A stretch of DNA of 63,355 nucleotides, counting the filler, from Pelomyxa schiedti (Eukaryota; Protista; Evosea), in the NCBI GenBank assembly GCA_020536535.1. It is 7 parts of 7 records of this genome, joined end to end, with 100 filler letters (N's around TTAATTAATTAA, not from the genome) between each part and the next. Parts side by side here need not be neighbours in the genome. Positions count along the whole stretch, not along the records: positions 36,136 to 51,482 come from JAHLWZ010000300.1; positions 51,583 to 55,107 come from JAHLWZ010001735.1; positions 55,208 to 59,917 come from JAHLWZ010001562.1; positions 60,018 to 61,476 come from JAHLWZ010002491.1; 3 more parts are not named here. One strand, 5' to 3'. Below, piece by piece: positions 49,299 through 60,588 of this stretch (position 1 is the stretch's first letter; every line of letters begins with the position of its first letter). The position numbers were made by a program, and so were the translations under genes. The notes below the pieces were generated by a model, which saw nothing but the letters and a program-made list of their open reading frames with translations, had not been told where the DNA came from and ran no database searches.

Positions 49299-50705
49299 AT
49301 GTGGGTGTCTGTTGTGGAGGGCGTGTTCAGCAGCGCGGCGCTGAGCTTCGGCGACGCCTTCTACGCGCCCTTCGCCATCTCGCGGGGCGCCGGCGACGCC
49401 GTGCTCGGGGCGCTCGTGTGGGCCCCGTCGCTGGCCGGCGCCGCGGCGCAGGTCGCGTCGGCCGCCGCGTCCACGCGGCTCAGGGTGTCTCGCAGGCGCG
49501 TGGCAATTGTGGGATCCCTGGTCCAGTCCCTGCTCTATGGGTTGATGGCTCAGATGGCAAGGCTCCCTGTTGGTTCTGATGGTTCTGGTTACTCTGATTC
49601 TTATGGTTCTGCTGCTGCTGCTGCTGAATCCTTGTTGATGTCTGGAACCACCCATGGGGGGAACAATGGAATCAGTGATAGAATGACTGGTGGATCCTCA
49701 GAAGCATCAACATCGGTTGTGTGGATGGCTGTGTGTGCGGCTCTGTGCGTGGCTGTTGGAGGTGCTATTGCTCCGGCGTGGCTGAGCTGGATGGGGCAGG
49801 TGGTGCCGAGGGGAGTGAGCGGGAGGTACTTTGGCAGGAGGGCTGTTGTGTGCGGCCTCGGGGGCGTGGCAAGCGCGGCCGTTGGGAGCTGGGCTGTGGG
49901 CGCGTGGTCTGGAGGGGGTGCCTACCCGCTGCTGTTCTCTTGCGCGTGTGCTTCTAGGCTGTGCTCCTGTGCTCTGTTTGTGGTGTCCCCTGAACCGGCG
50001 ACTACTGTGGCTATTGGGGGAAATAGTACCACAGCCGAGCCTACCGGAAATGCGGCCATACAAAGTGCTGAGGAAGGGAAGAGACACAGGAGGTCCTTCG
50101 TGATTGTTCTGGCAACGTTTACTTTGTCTAATGTCATCGCCGGTACCTGCACACCTTTCTACGTGAAACATGCTACCACGGTTCTCTCTGCTTCCACTTA
50201 TGTTGGTTCACCTCTGCCATCATCTACATACTCTGGGCTTGCTGCCTCAACTTGGGCGGCATCCACAGTGGTAGCAACTTTATCAAAGCTAGCAGCTACA
50301 CAAATATGGGGGAGGATTGGTGACTCTCTTGGCCACATCCCTGCTTTCCTGGCATCACTTGTGCTTGGCGGGGCTGCCTCGTTCGTTTGGGCATGTTGCG
50401 TTGGGAAACTCACACTGTTCCTGGCCCAGTGTGTGAGTGGAACATTTGCAGCTGGGCAGGACCTTCTGTCATTCACTGCTGTACTGGCTGCAACTGAGGG
50501 GAGTGGTATTGATCGGCAAGTAAGTGGGGCACTGTTCAATGCAGCACAGGGTGTAGCCACTGCCCTGGGGTCTGTTATTTCTGCGTACAATCTGTCACAA
50601 GGATACTGCAGTTACACCTCATTGTTTGCAACAGGGGCCATATTGAGACTACTGATCACCACAACTGGTGTCCTGTGTTTACATTTCACAAACACACAGG
50701 CATAG
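49299..50705 (+). CDS. Intronless MFS transporter
   Basis: 468-aa ORF with ~12 hydrophobic segments; WLSWMGQVVPRGVSGRYFGRR and WGRIGDSLG MFS-type motifs. Confidence 0.8.
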   Translation: MWVSVVEGVFSSAALSFGDAFYAPFAISRGAGDAVLGALVWAPSLAGAAAQVASAAASTRLRVSRRRVAIVGSLVQSLLYGLMAQMARLPVGSDGSGYSDSYGSAAAAAESLLMSGTTHGGNNGISDRMTGGSSEASTSVVWMAVCAALCVAVGGAIAPAWLSWMGQVVPRGVSGRYFGRRAVVCGLGGVASAAVGSWAVGAWSGGGAYPLLFSCACASRLCSCALFVVSPEPATTVAIGGNSTTAEPTGNAAIQSAEEGKRHRRSFVIVLATFTLSNVIAGTCTPFYVKHATTVLSASTYVGSPLPSSTYSGLAASTWAASTVVATLSKLAATQIWGRIGDSLGHIPAFLASLVLGGAASFVWACCVGKLTLFLAQCVSGTFAAGQDLLSFTAVLAATEGSGIDRQVSGALFNAAQGVATALGSVISAYNLSQGYCSYTSLFATGAILRLLITTTGVLCLHFTNTQA

Positions 50706-50911
50706 TTGTGACTCACACTAAAAATTTGTTGTGATTAATTGGAGTCTTGTTCTCAGTTGGGGAGGGGAAAATTAAAATGGTGAACTACTGTTATTGACGG
50801 CTACTACTTTGGATCGAGCGACGCTTAGAATAACAGTTCTAATGCCAAGTTGCGGAAAGCTAAACGGCGTTGACAGCATTGCCCTTGCGTGCCACGCGTT
50901 TAAACGCACTT

Positions 50912-51063
50912 GATCTTTGTAACCCAAGGGAGGAAAATAATTTGTTTTGTCGATCATAGTAGTTCACTATTTTACTACTATGATAGTAGTTCACTATTAG
51001 TTTCGACTATGATCTACAAAACAAATTATTTTCCTTCTCCTTCTTCTTCTGGTTACAAAGATC
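50912..51063. repeat. Nested inverted repeat / hairpin (~150 nt)
   Basis: Outer 13-bp perfect arms GATCTTTGTAACC/GGTTACAAAGATC; inner ~30-bp arms 50931-51035 with one mismatch; internal direct repeat ATAGTAGTTCACTATT twice. Confidence 0.85.
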
Positions 51064-52787
51064 TAATGTAAAGGTATTAAGGTCAACATGAATTGGCGAA
51101 CCTTCAAGGTCTCAATGCAAAATAGTGCTGGAAATGTAATGTTCGGTCCTTGGCCAAAGTCAGTCACCCGATTCCGGCAGGTTGGGGTGCTAAGTAACCA
51201 ACAAGGACCCAAGACTTTGCACGATTTCCATTGCCGACAATTCGTTGATTCTAAATTATGGGTCTGTGTAGAGCATTTGAGCTTCCCCCAATTCAGTTGC
51301 TATGGTGCCGGACATTTGGGTATTGTGTTGTTTTGTTTGTTGGATTGTAAGTGTGATGTGGAAAGTTCAACTTCTGTGGAATGTTGGGAGTTCAATTTAG
51401 ACCCCCAGTGGGTGTAGATACTTGAGAAGGACTGACTTGGTGGTTATTTTTGTTGTTGGGGAGGTGCTTTTTATTGCCGTACNNNNNNNNNNNNNNNNNN
51501 NNNNNNNNNNNNNNNNNNNNNNNNNNTTAATTAATTAANNNNNNNNNNNNNNNNNNNNNNNNNNNNNNNNNNNNNNNNNNNNTTTTTTTTTTTTTTTTTT
51601 TTTCAGCGTCACTAACGGTGTCTAGTCCTGTGTCTTGTTCCGGAGATCTTGGTCTTCGGCACCGGGGCACAGGCGACATCGCTCTGGTTGTCGCACATTA
51701 TGAGGTCAAGGCTTGCGAGGAAACACAAGATCCGCAACAATACGGGGCGACATGCGACTGGTGGCGGGTCAATAACACCGTAAGCTCCATCCCTGTCGCC
51801 TTCTGCCCTGCGGGTCGCCGTCCTCTCGGTTTGCTCTTTTCCTCTTCCAAATTAAAAAGAAAAACTACACACACGAAAGAAGATCTGCAGGTCTGTGCTT
51901 TGTACTCCTTCTTCTACCCACGAGTTTATTTTGGGTTTTTTTTCCCCCTATTTTCACCACTGAAAAGCCTGAATGTGTGCATTATAGTTGAAATATTTCG
52001 AAAGAGGATCAGTTCACTCAAAAACATTTGGAACTCGTAACTATCTCTTTACCTGTGTAATCCCCATGTTGCTAAACTTCACAATTCTTTCTCACTGCTC
52101 TTTATATAAAGGTACCATTCATCTGGGTGTTTTTCTCACTTCACGACAGACCCTTAAAATTGTTGAGATTAAGGACTCCTTCACTTCCAAATTACCTTGT
52201 CTCATCTTCACGGATACCACCTTCGCTGTTGGATAATAGGCTTATTTAAACATGTGAACTGTGAGCAACACACTCCACAAACTCTTAAGGTTGGACTTAA
52301 AGAATAAAAAATACACTTACATACCCCAGGATTTGGCCAAAAGCACCTACAGTCTAGGAAGACTATGCGCGGGTATCCGCCACTGACAGTCATTGTTCCT
52401 GAACCAGTTGGACCTCATGTCCTCGCCGTCAAAATGAAGGAAAATGACACTTCTATGCCACTAATTGCCTCACAGGGAGTTTCCAACCAACCATTCTAAC
52501 TCAGTACTTGCCTATGGTGCCAGTAGAAACACCTAGTGCAGATTCCTAACTAAACCAAAAAAACACGTGGTTTCAGAAGAAAAGTGTTACTTTGCTTTTG
52601 TTTTGGGCAAAGTTTGGTCTTTGTAGTGGCTGAGGAATTTGTGCCTTAGTGCTATTATCAAGGGCATCAGAGGCTGCTTAGGCATCAAATACTGCTTTCT
52701 ACGAAAGACACAACAAAGGGGGATTGCGTAACACTACTCTGACAATCATGGGCTGCGCAACCAAAATATTTTCAAAAGACACAAAAA

Positions 52788-54813
52788 ATGACTAGTCGTG
52801 GCGCTGCTGCATGTGGTGGTCGTGGTGCGACACCCACTACCACCACCACCTCGGCAAGTTGCCCAGGTCGAGCGCCCCCACGGCAGCCACAACAAGCTGA
52901 GAGGAGAGCCGGTGACGTAACCGTCCTCCCCGTGAAACGCCCTTCCTCGTCCTCGTCCTCGTCGTCATTGTCATTTGTCGCGACCACGACAATGACTCTG
53001 GCTACGGCAGCAGCCACATCTACAACCACTACTTCCAACACCGTAGATTCCAGTCGTGGTGGCGGCGGCGGCGGCGGCAGTGTGAATGTGAATTATGATG
53101 CTGGCGCTACGGCGGGGGCCCCGACGACGTTGAGCTTGCAGACTCTGAGCCAGTGCGTGTCGCCTGATGTGCCTGTCAAGTGGTGGGTCGTGGTGCTCTC
53201 TGTTCCTTGCATTGACACAGGGGGAGTACAAGAAAAGCAACGTGCTGAACGCGAAGAACCTATTCACGTGCGCATTCCGCTCCAGGCGGTTCTCCGGCCT
53301 CGGCGGCGAAAACGTGCGGCGTCAGAGTGATGCACGGAAAGTTCTGGATTCTCTTGCAGAGCAAGGATTTGTCCATGTGCTTGAGGGGTACGATGATGGG
53401 AGGTTCAAGCTCCGCAATGAGGAGCAATGGACACACCTGCACGTTGCCGCAAAGAAGCTCATACGCAGTCAGAAGAACACCATAAAGCAATCAATGAGGG
53501 AGAAGCAAGGTGGGAAGAACCCCAAAGCAGTGGAGAAAGTGTGCTCTGTTCCTTACTTCCAGTGCTGGGATTCCGTTTGCCAAATGCCACCTGCCCTTTC
53601 ATCAGGTTTTTCTTTTGCCCTTTTCACCTCATGTTTTTTTATTGACTTTTTCTCCACTCAGATGTCTGGAATATTCTTACTGTGGAGATGATGGAAACTC
53701 CTTCAGGTGAACCTTGGGGAGAAACCCTGAAGCAGTTTTTCACATCCCAGCCATTCGTCCATGTAGACAGTTTCACACCTGAGTGCTTTGATGATCTGTA
53801 AGGGTCTCACTTTCTTTGTGTTCCCATTTTATTTATTTTAGCATATTAGGTATAACTTGAATGAGAAGTGCTGCCTCCAGAACATCTCAGTCCACTCTAT
53901 TGATGTGCTCATCATTCTTGTGCATGGCCAGAAGCTCCATAGTAATGAGATAAGAACCAAAAAGCAACGGCGTTGGTTGAATCAGGGTGAGAAGGAGGCC
54001 AATGGCTCCCGCTGGAATGGGATGCCGACTGCACGCCCGCAGTTCCCAGATGGCAAGGAGTACTCATGCTCCGCGGGCGAGCTGTATTCATTGATTTCTG
54101 AGCAGTTCCCAAGCGTTGAAGTAGTTGTGTTCGACAGCTGCTACACGCTCTTCAGTGAAAAGAGGTGCCAAGCACTCAGACCATTTCTGAGCCCACACCA
54201 TCGGTTCATGTCATGGGATCACCCCTGCACTTGGCAAGACGGTGCCGCTCGCGAGAAGGCTTTTCTGATAGTGGCCTACACAAGGTTTCAGCAGTATATG
54301 GTCCTTCATCCCGGTTCCCGCTCTGGCTGGGGCACAAGTGGCGACGAAGACTGGCAGTGGAACGATGAGCATCTCCACCGCTTGAACTGCGTTGATACTC
54401 CTTCTTCTTGGAAGCCTTCACCTCCCCCTGCTGACAAATTGATGGCGTGCAATACAACACACCGCTGGTTCCGGGTCCGCTCTCTGGAAAGAAGGGCGAA
54501 GCATTTGACAAGGAAGGAAGAAAGACGCCAAGCACAGAAAGAAAGGACCAAATGTGGAGAGGAGGATCAACAACAGTTGGATGATGGTGATTCTGATGGC
54601 GACTGTGCTGGTGAGGATGATGCGGCCTATTGCCGGAATTTCAACAGTGATTACAATGAGGATGACGAGAACGCTGACAGCAGGAGAGATTTCGACTACA
54701 ACAATGAACCCTCCACAACAATCCAAACAACAACCCACGGAGTTCGAAAGGTACCTGGAAGTTCGCCAGTTACACTGGTGTGCGTTTGCTCGTGGAATGA
54801 ACCAGATTTTTGA
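52788..54813 (+). CDS. Uncharacterised protein with caspase/CHAT-like (clan CD) protease motifs
   Basis: Four spliced exons; IDVLIILVHG (His codon 53923) and VEVVVFDSCYT (Cys codon 54139); true 3' end uncertain. Confidence 0.55.
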
Positions 54814-55107
54814 ACAAAACATGTTCGGAAAACAGTTTCCAACGAAGCAAACATGTTTGCAAAGTTCGCCTGCAAAGTTCGTGTTCACTGTTCGGCTGCT
54901 TTGCACGAAGTTTTACCCACTTGCAGGAAATTCCGGCCCCAAAAGCACACCAGTGTACCAACGCCCATCACTTTGGGTTTTTTTGGTTTTTTTACTTCCC
55001 AACCGCTTGCAAACAAACTTTGCACACAAACTTTGCAAACGAACTTCGCAAACATGTTTGCTTCGTTGGAAACTGTTTTCCGAACATGTTTTGTTCAAAA
55101 ATCTGGT
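54801..55107. mobile_element. MITE-like non-autonomous DNA transposon
   Basis: 307-bp element; terminal inverted repeats perfect for ~60 bp (ACCAGATTTTTGAACAAAACATGTTCGG...) and imperfect to ~80 bp; contig ends at the right terminus so no TSD can be read. Confidence 0.8.
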
Positions 55108-55439
55108 NNNNNNNNNNNNNNNNNNNNNNNNNNNNNNNNNNNNNNNNNNNNTTAATTAATTAANNNNNNNNNNNNNNNNNNNNNNNNNNNNNNNNNNNNN
55201 NNNNNNNGGGGAGACACTGATGCACCAAAGTGGAATCGCGCCAAAAATGATCCCAAACACAATGAGTGGGTCCGACACCCTCCGAGGGTAATTTCCTTTT
55301 TTGTTGTTGTTTGTCAGTTTAACATCGAGAATGGTCTTTGTTGCACCAAACGATCATAAAGATAGAGAGAGGTTGGAGGGTCGCAATCGATGGATTCTAC
55401 TGTAGCTATTGTACAAATTGCTTGAATATTGACCTGCAG

Positions 55440-56352
55440 TTAACTTCTTGTGCAGTAGCAATGCCTTTGTTTTTCACCTGGGATGATGGGTTTTTTGGCT
55501 GGTAGTGGTGCCCTTGGTTTCCACGTGGCATATTCTGCTATAAGTTGCAGTATAAATTCAGGTAGTACATTGAGAGGACTGTGTTTGCCTGTGCGGAATA
55601 AGTTAATACTATTAATCATTTGAGATTAACCCAGGTTTGCATGGCTACAGCACATCACAGTAATCCTACATTCCTTGGCATAATTCTGCCACCGAAGTAG
55701 AGCCTTGGTACTGTTAGGCGGAAACTTAGGTTCACTTTGAGAAATTTACCGGTGGTATGGGTGTGTTATTCTTCAAGTAGTTGATGATATTTATATTTTG
55801 TGTTGCTGGCTTTGCTCCCTTCCATATCCCTGCAGTACATCTCAATTCAGTCACCTTGCTTCCGTTATACAACCAGAAGGAATGCTATACCATCACAGCT
55901 ATATTACAATGATAAACGTCATACAGGAATCCAAGCAATGAAGTGATCATATGGTGTCCAATACCACATGTTGTCAGGCCCAAAGAAGTACCATATTGGA
56001 GTGATGCCAATGGATGCGTGTCTAATGAAAACATCGCCCTCATAGGGCCCTTTAAGCTCTCTATTGTAAATTAGCACTATCAACTCATGGTGCGGCGCGT
56101 CGTTTCGGTGTCAAAACGTCGCTACGCACACGAGCTCAGCGACGCCGGGAAACGCTGCCACATCGTTAGCCATAAGACTCGATTAATTGTTGAGTTTGGG
56201 CATTCTATGCTTGCCAGTGTTTGAGGATGCACCGACGGCGTCCCCAGGGGCTGGCCTACGACTACCCGGAGGAAGATTCCCCTTGGTCTTCTGAAGTGAG
56301 GATAGAATAGCTTTTCTTTCGGACAGATTTTTAGAATCTGCACGTCATTCAT
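55440..56352 (-). CDS. Hypothetical protein with C-terminal F-box-like motif (start uncertain)
   Basis: Spliced exons PIWYFFGPDNMWYWTPY ... GKHSPLNVLPEFILQLIAEY. Confidence 0.5.
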
Positions 56353-56633
56353 ACGAGCAGTTGCGAGCGGGAAAGAACGGAAAACAAGTGTAGAAAATTA
56401 AATTTTCTCCTTTCCGCACCAGCGCGACACCAGTTCCCGGTTGGTGTCACTATGTCGATGTCCCCACCACACGCCCCTTGTCCCGTTGTTATTTTTAATT
56501 TTTTTTGGTTGGATCTACGACGTCGCCGTTTACCACGTGTCGCCCTCGCTGTGTTTGTCGTTTTTTTTTTTGCCAACGCTCTCTTTTCTCTCTAACCCTT
56601 TTTTTCCCGACAGACCTGTTTTGTTGATCAAAA

Positions 56634-57345
56634 ATGGTCAAGTGCATCCGTATCCACTACAGACGCCGCCACCCATACAACACCCCGTCCAACAAATACA
56701 CAATGTACGCCGAATTTCCTCTCTCTCCCCGCCCATAACTGCCGCCTTTCACCTCGTTTCTAACGCTTCTTCCCCTTTCTTTTTTTTTTTTCGCGTTGCG
56801 TCAATACAGTGTTCGGACACCAGGGCACAGACTCGTTGTTCACTACCTTGGGAAACGACACCACCCTCCTCGCTGTGGTGATTGTGGCGAAACACTTCAA
56901 GGGGTGAGTGTATTGCGCAGCACACTAACACAACTTTTCTCAACAATTCGCAACAACATCCTTTTCATTGTCACACATTTCCCCGCGATGATTGGACTTG
57001 CACTAAAATGTTTGTAGATACCCGGGCTCAGCCACAAGGAAATGAGCCGCTTGCCCAAGAACAAAAGAACCGTCAGCCGAGCTTATGGCGGCTCCAGGTG
57101 CCACACTTGCACCAGGAAGAGGTTTGTATTCTTGTTTTCTTTGATATTTCCCAACCACCAAAATCACACACTATCAAACCCTTGATAACAACAACAAAAG
57201 GATTTTGAGAGCGTTCCTTATTGAGGAACAGAGAATCGTCAAGAAGGTCATGCAGTCCAAGAAGAAGAAGACCGACAACGAGGACAAGAAGAGAAAAACC
57301 AAGAAGGCACCAAAGGTTGTCAAGGCAAAGTCCAAGAAGCAGTAA
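56634..57345 (+). CDS. RPL34: 60S ribosomal protein eL34
   Basis: RIHYRRRHPYNTPSN, VRTPG, CGDCG, VSRAYGGSRC, RILRAFLIEEQRIVKKV; three coding introns. Confidence 0.96.
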
Positions 57346-57400
57346 ACAAACAGAAAGGAAACGCTGGAAATAAACATACTTTGTTTTCTTGTGGTTTTTC

Positions 57401-58754
57401 TTATACAGAGCACCCTCCTTCTTTTTTTTCCCTGTGTGCAGACTCCTTAGGAGGAGCGGATGGCTTGGGTGTGTCTACAGGTGTCACCACTATTTCTGGT
57501 TCGGGAGCAGCAGCAGGCATGGCTCTGTGGTTGCCAAGGGGAAAGGTGTGAGATTATCCTTGTTGGATTGGTGTAAAAGAAGAAAGGCCATACTTGCGGA
57601 GACACTCTGCAGCCAACTGAGTGAAGGCATCGGCAACACCTTCACCAGTTTTTGCACTTACTTTCCTGAGGAACAAGTTACTTAGAGTTGGGACAAGGAG
57701 CGGGGAACACACAGATATTTAATTCCATAGTGATTGGCGATTTGCGTTGGTTCAGCGTCATCAATTTCGATGGTAAGATCACGCTTAGTATGTTTGGTGA
57801 AAGGCATTCAATAATTATTATAATTAGGAATACCTTATTTCCTACAAGTATTTTCGCAGGTGTGATGGCTGTATATCTTTCAATTTCACGGAACCACACC
57901 TTCACAGAATCAAAAGAACTACAGTCCGCCAAATCACTGCCTCAAGTAAGTTGGATCACAAATAAACAAAAGGAGCAGCAGGATACAAAATGACCATGAT
58001 GCCGCTTATTCCAACATAAACTGCAACTATTAGATCATAAAGGATAGCAATAAATTACATGTGCTAGTGATGCCTCCAAACCTTGTATTACAAGTGGGTT
58101 TTTTAAGTAGTATTTTATAAGGATTGCAAAGGGTACCTCTCCTCACCGCCAGTGTCACGCTACATAGCCGATGGATTGAATTGGACATTATTAGTATTGG
58201 CACAATTTTGGAAGTGAATTGTGGACCATACAATGCTTATTTCCACTGGGTGGCCATCAATTGTAACTGTTTTGATACCCTTGCATACTCATTAGCTTTG
58301 GAGAGGTGTCTGAATATCTCTAACATACCGAATCACCTTTGGAAGATTGTGAGAAGTCTGCGTAAGAGATTAGGGGAGGAACCTAGAGTTGGTTTATTGT
58401 CTATGTCCTCAAAGTGGTCATTCTGGCCATAAAATAAGAGAAAGAAAAGAGAACACGGAGCTACGCACTACAAAGCGGTCAATCAGCGATGCTTCCATAT
58501 TTCAAGTTAGAAAGGTTTTTTTAAAAAAACGCTCAAAACGATAAGAACATACTCTTTCCAACAGAGCTATCACCTAATTAAGGTTACCAACAAGAGGAAA
58601 AAAGGGGGGGAAGAATGTGGGCATACCAAGCGCGAGCAGTTTACTGTGGTCACATCACGAAAACAAAGAAATAAAGTCAGCGAGGGGGAAAAAGAAAAAA
58701 TAACTGACAGTTTTTGTATTTATTTGGGAGGTACAATTTAAAAGAGGATGCCAT
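57401..58754 (-). CDS. Divergent Rab-like GTPase split into about 11 exons
   Basis: Spliced MASSFKFKLLALGDSSVGKTSLIDRFV..PTLGDS..RDTGGEERF..LVGNKRD..VSAKTG..GGCSV*. Confidence 0.82.
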
Positions 58755-59031
58755 TCACTCAATAAAACTCAGCGTTGTCAAATCAACAAACTACAAAATT
58801 ACGATACGCCCGCAGCGTTGCCCGCCGACCTTTTTTATTTTTTTTTTCTTTGCGTTGGCTTCTGATCAAAATCAAGGAGCTGTTTGGGAGTCCCACAAGT
58901 TCACTGTGCCGAAGAACAAGATTTTCCAAGGGGAACACCAGCGAAGTGCCGCAAAGCCACACTCCCAGTCACCTCAGTCGCAGCCTTTCATCAGGTATAG
59001 TTCTCACAAATCCAGTCACGCTCCGACGACG

Positions 59032-59660
59032 ATGAACACGGGCGAACCCATCGTAGTTGTGCCTGCCACGACGCCCTCCCTGCTGCTGGCCACCCCCCCG
59101 CAGCGGCACCCACCGCACCAGATTCCAGACCCGGCCGCCACTGTGGACCACCACCAACCACCAGCCACAGTGGGCGGGGGCCTCGTCGTCGTGCCGGGGG
59201 CCCAGCAGCAACCACCGCCCCCAGCTCCCCCCTCTGGTGCCACTGCAACCGTATCATCATCATCATCGCCATCTCTCTCGCGGGCCAGCACCGGAGGCCG
59301 CATCGTGGTTGTGCCCCAGATGCCACACCACCAGCACCACACCCGCACGTCTTCGTCCTCGGCCGTGGCGCCGCCGCCGAGCCCCAACAACAGCAGCGTG
59401 GGGGAGGGGGCAGGGGGAGGCGGAGGGGGAGGGGGCAGGGGGGACAGCGTCGTGGTGAATGTGCTGGACCGCACGCGGTCGCCCGTTGTGATAGTGGGGG
59501 TGACGGAGGGGGCCACGGGGGCGGACGTGGGGGTTGGGGGCGGGGACGGCGGGGCGTCGAGGGTGGTGGAGGGCGAGTGGTTCGCGAACGTGCCGGCGCC
59601 CCCTGGGCTGCGCGAGGGCGACGCCAAGGCCAGGCTGGATAGGGACGGCCCAAATGAGAT
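59032..59660 (+). CDS. P-type cation ATPase, first exon (truncated)
   Basis: GLREGDAKARLDRDGPNE matches the Cation_ATPase_N motif, followed by a GTATGC donor. Confidence 0.6.
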
Positions 59661-59796
59661 GTATGCGTGTGTGTGTCTATCCGTGTGTGTGTGTGTGCCG
59701 GGCGTGTGCGGTGCCTGATACGAGATATGTGGTGTGTGATATGTGGTATGTACATAAGTTGGTTGTATCACGTTTATAGGATTGGTCGACTTCAGC

Positions 59797-59917
59797 TTTG
59801 TTTTGTTTTGTTTTGTTTTGTTTTGTTTTGTTTTGTTTTGTTTTGTTTTGTTTTGTTTTGTTTTGTTTTGTTTTGTTTTGTTTTGTTTTGTTTTGTTTTG
59901 TTTTGTTTTGTTTTGTT
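59797..59917. repeat. (TTTTG)n microsatellite
   Basis: About 24 copies running into the contig end. Confidence 0.97.
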
Positions 59918-60146
59918 NNNNNNNNNNNNNNNNNNNNNNNNNNNNNNNNNNNNNNNNNNNNTTAATTAATTAANNNNNNNNNNNNNNNNNNNNNNNNNNN
60001 NNNNNNNNNNNNNNNNNTTTTTGCTTCACTGTTTTTACAGCCTCGGAGTACGGAAACGTCGTGTTGACCCTCAGTACAAAAAAAAAATCCCCGGCAAATA
60101 GAAACATGTCCACGACCGCTTGAAGAAGTCTATAACTCCGCAAAGA

Positions 60147-60588
60147 GCTCCCCTCCAGCTGCAGCACCGTAGCCACCACCAAACTTAACTGAACTCAGAG
60201 AGCCACTGCACTCACTCCTCCCACTCCACAACAACGCCACCAAACTTAACTGAAGTCCGCTCAAACTTAACTGAACTCCCAGAGAGCCACTGCACTCGCT
60301 CCTCCCACTCCACAACAGCGCCACCAAACTTAACTGCCACCAAACTTAACTGAAGTCAACTCCGCAACTCAAGCCAGCACTCCAGAGCCATATCATGCAG
60401 ACAACAGAGTTTCTTAACGCAACTGAGAACTTGGTAAGAGCAGAGCGAACTGCAAGTGAATGCAACACATATCTTGATTCCAGCTGAATGAACAGCACTC
60501 CCCTCCAGCTGCAGCACCATAGCCACCACCAAACTTAACTGAACTCAGAGAGCCACTGCACTCACTCCTCCCACTCCACAACAGCGCA
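60147..60588. repeat. Complex minisatellite / direct repeats
   Basis: Core CAAACTTAACTG six times; GAGAGCCACTGCACTC.CTCCTCCCACTCCACAAC three times; ~90-bp block at ~60148 repeated at ~60498. Confidence 0.85.

Noticed and set aside
51617-51680. ~65-nt GC-rich hairpin near a contig start
   Set aside because: No snoRNA, SRP or tRNA motifs; could equally be a first coding exon on the minus strand
60147-60588. CRISPR-like repeat/spacer pattern
   Set aside because: Core is only 12-14 bp, spacers are irregular and themselves repeated, no cas genes, eukaryotic context
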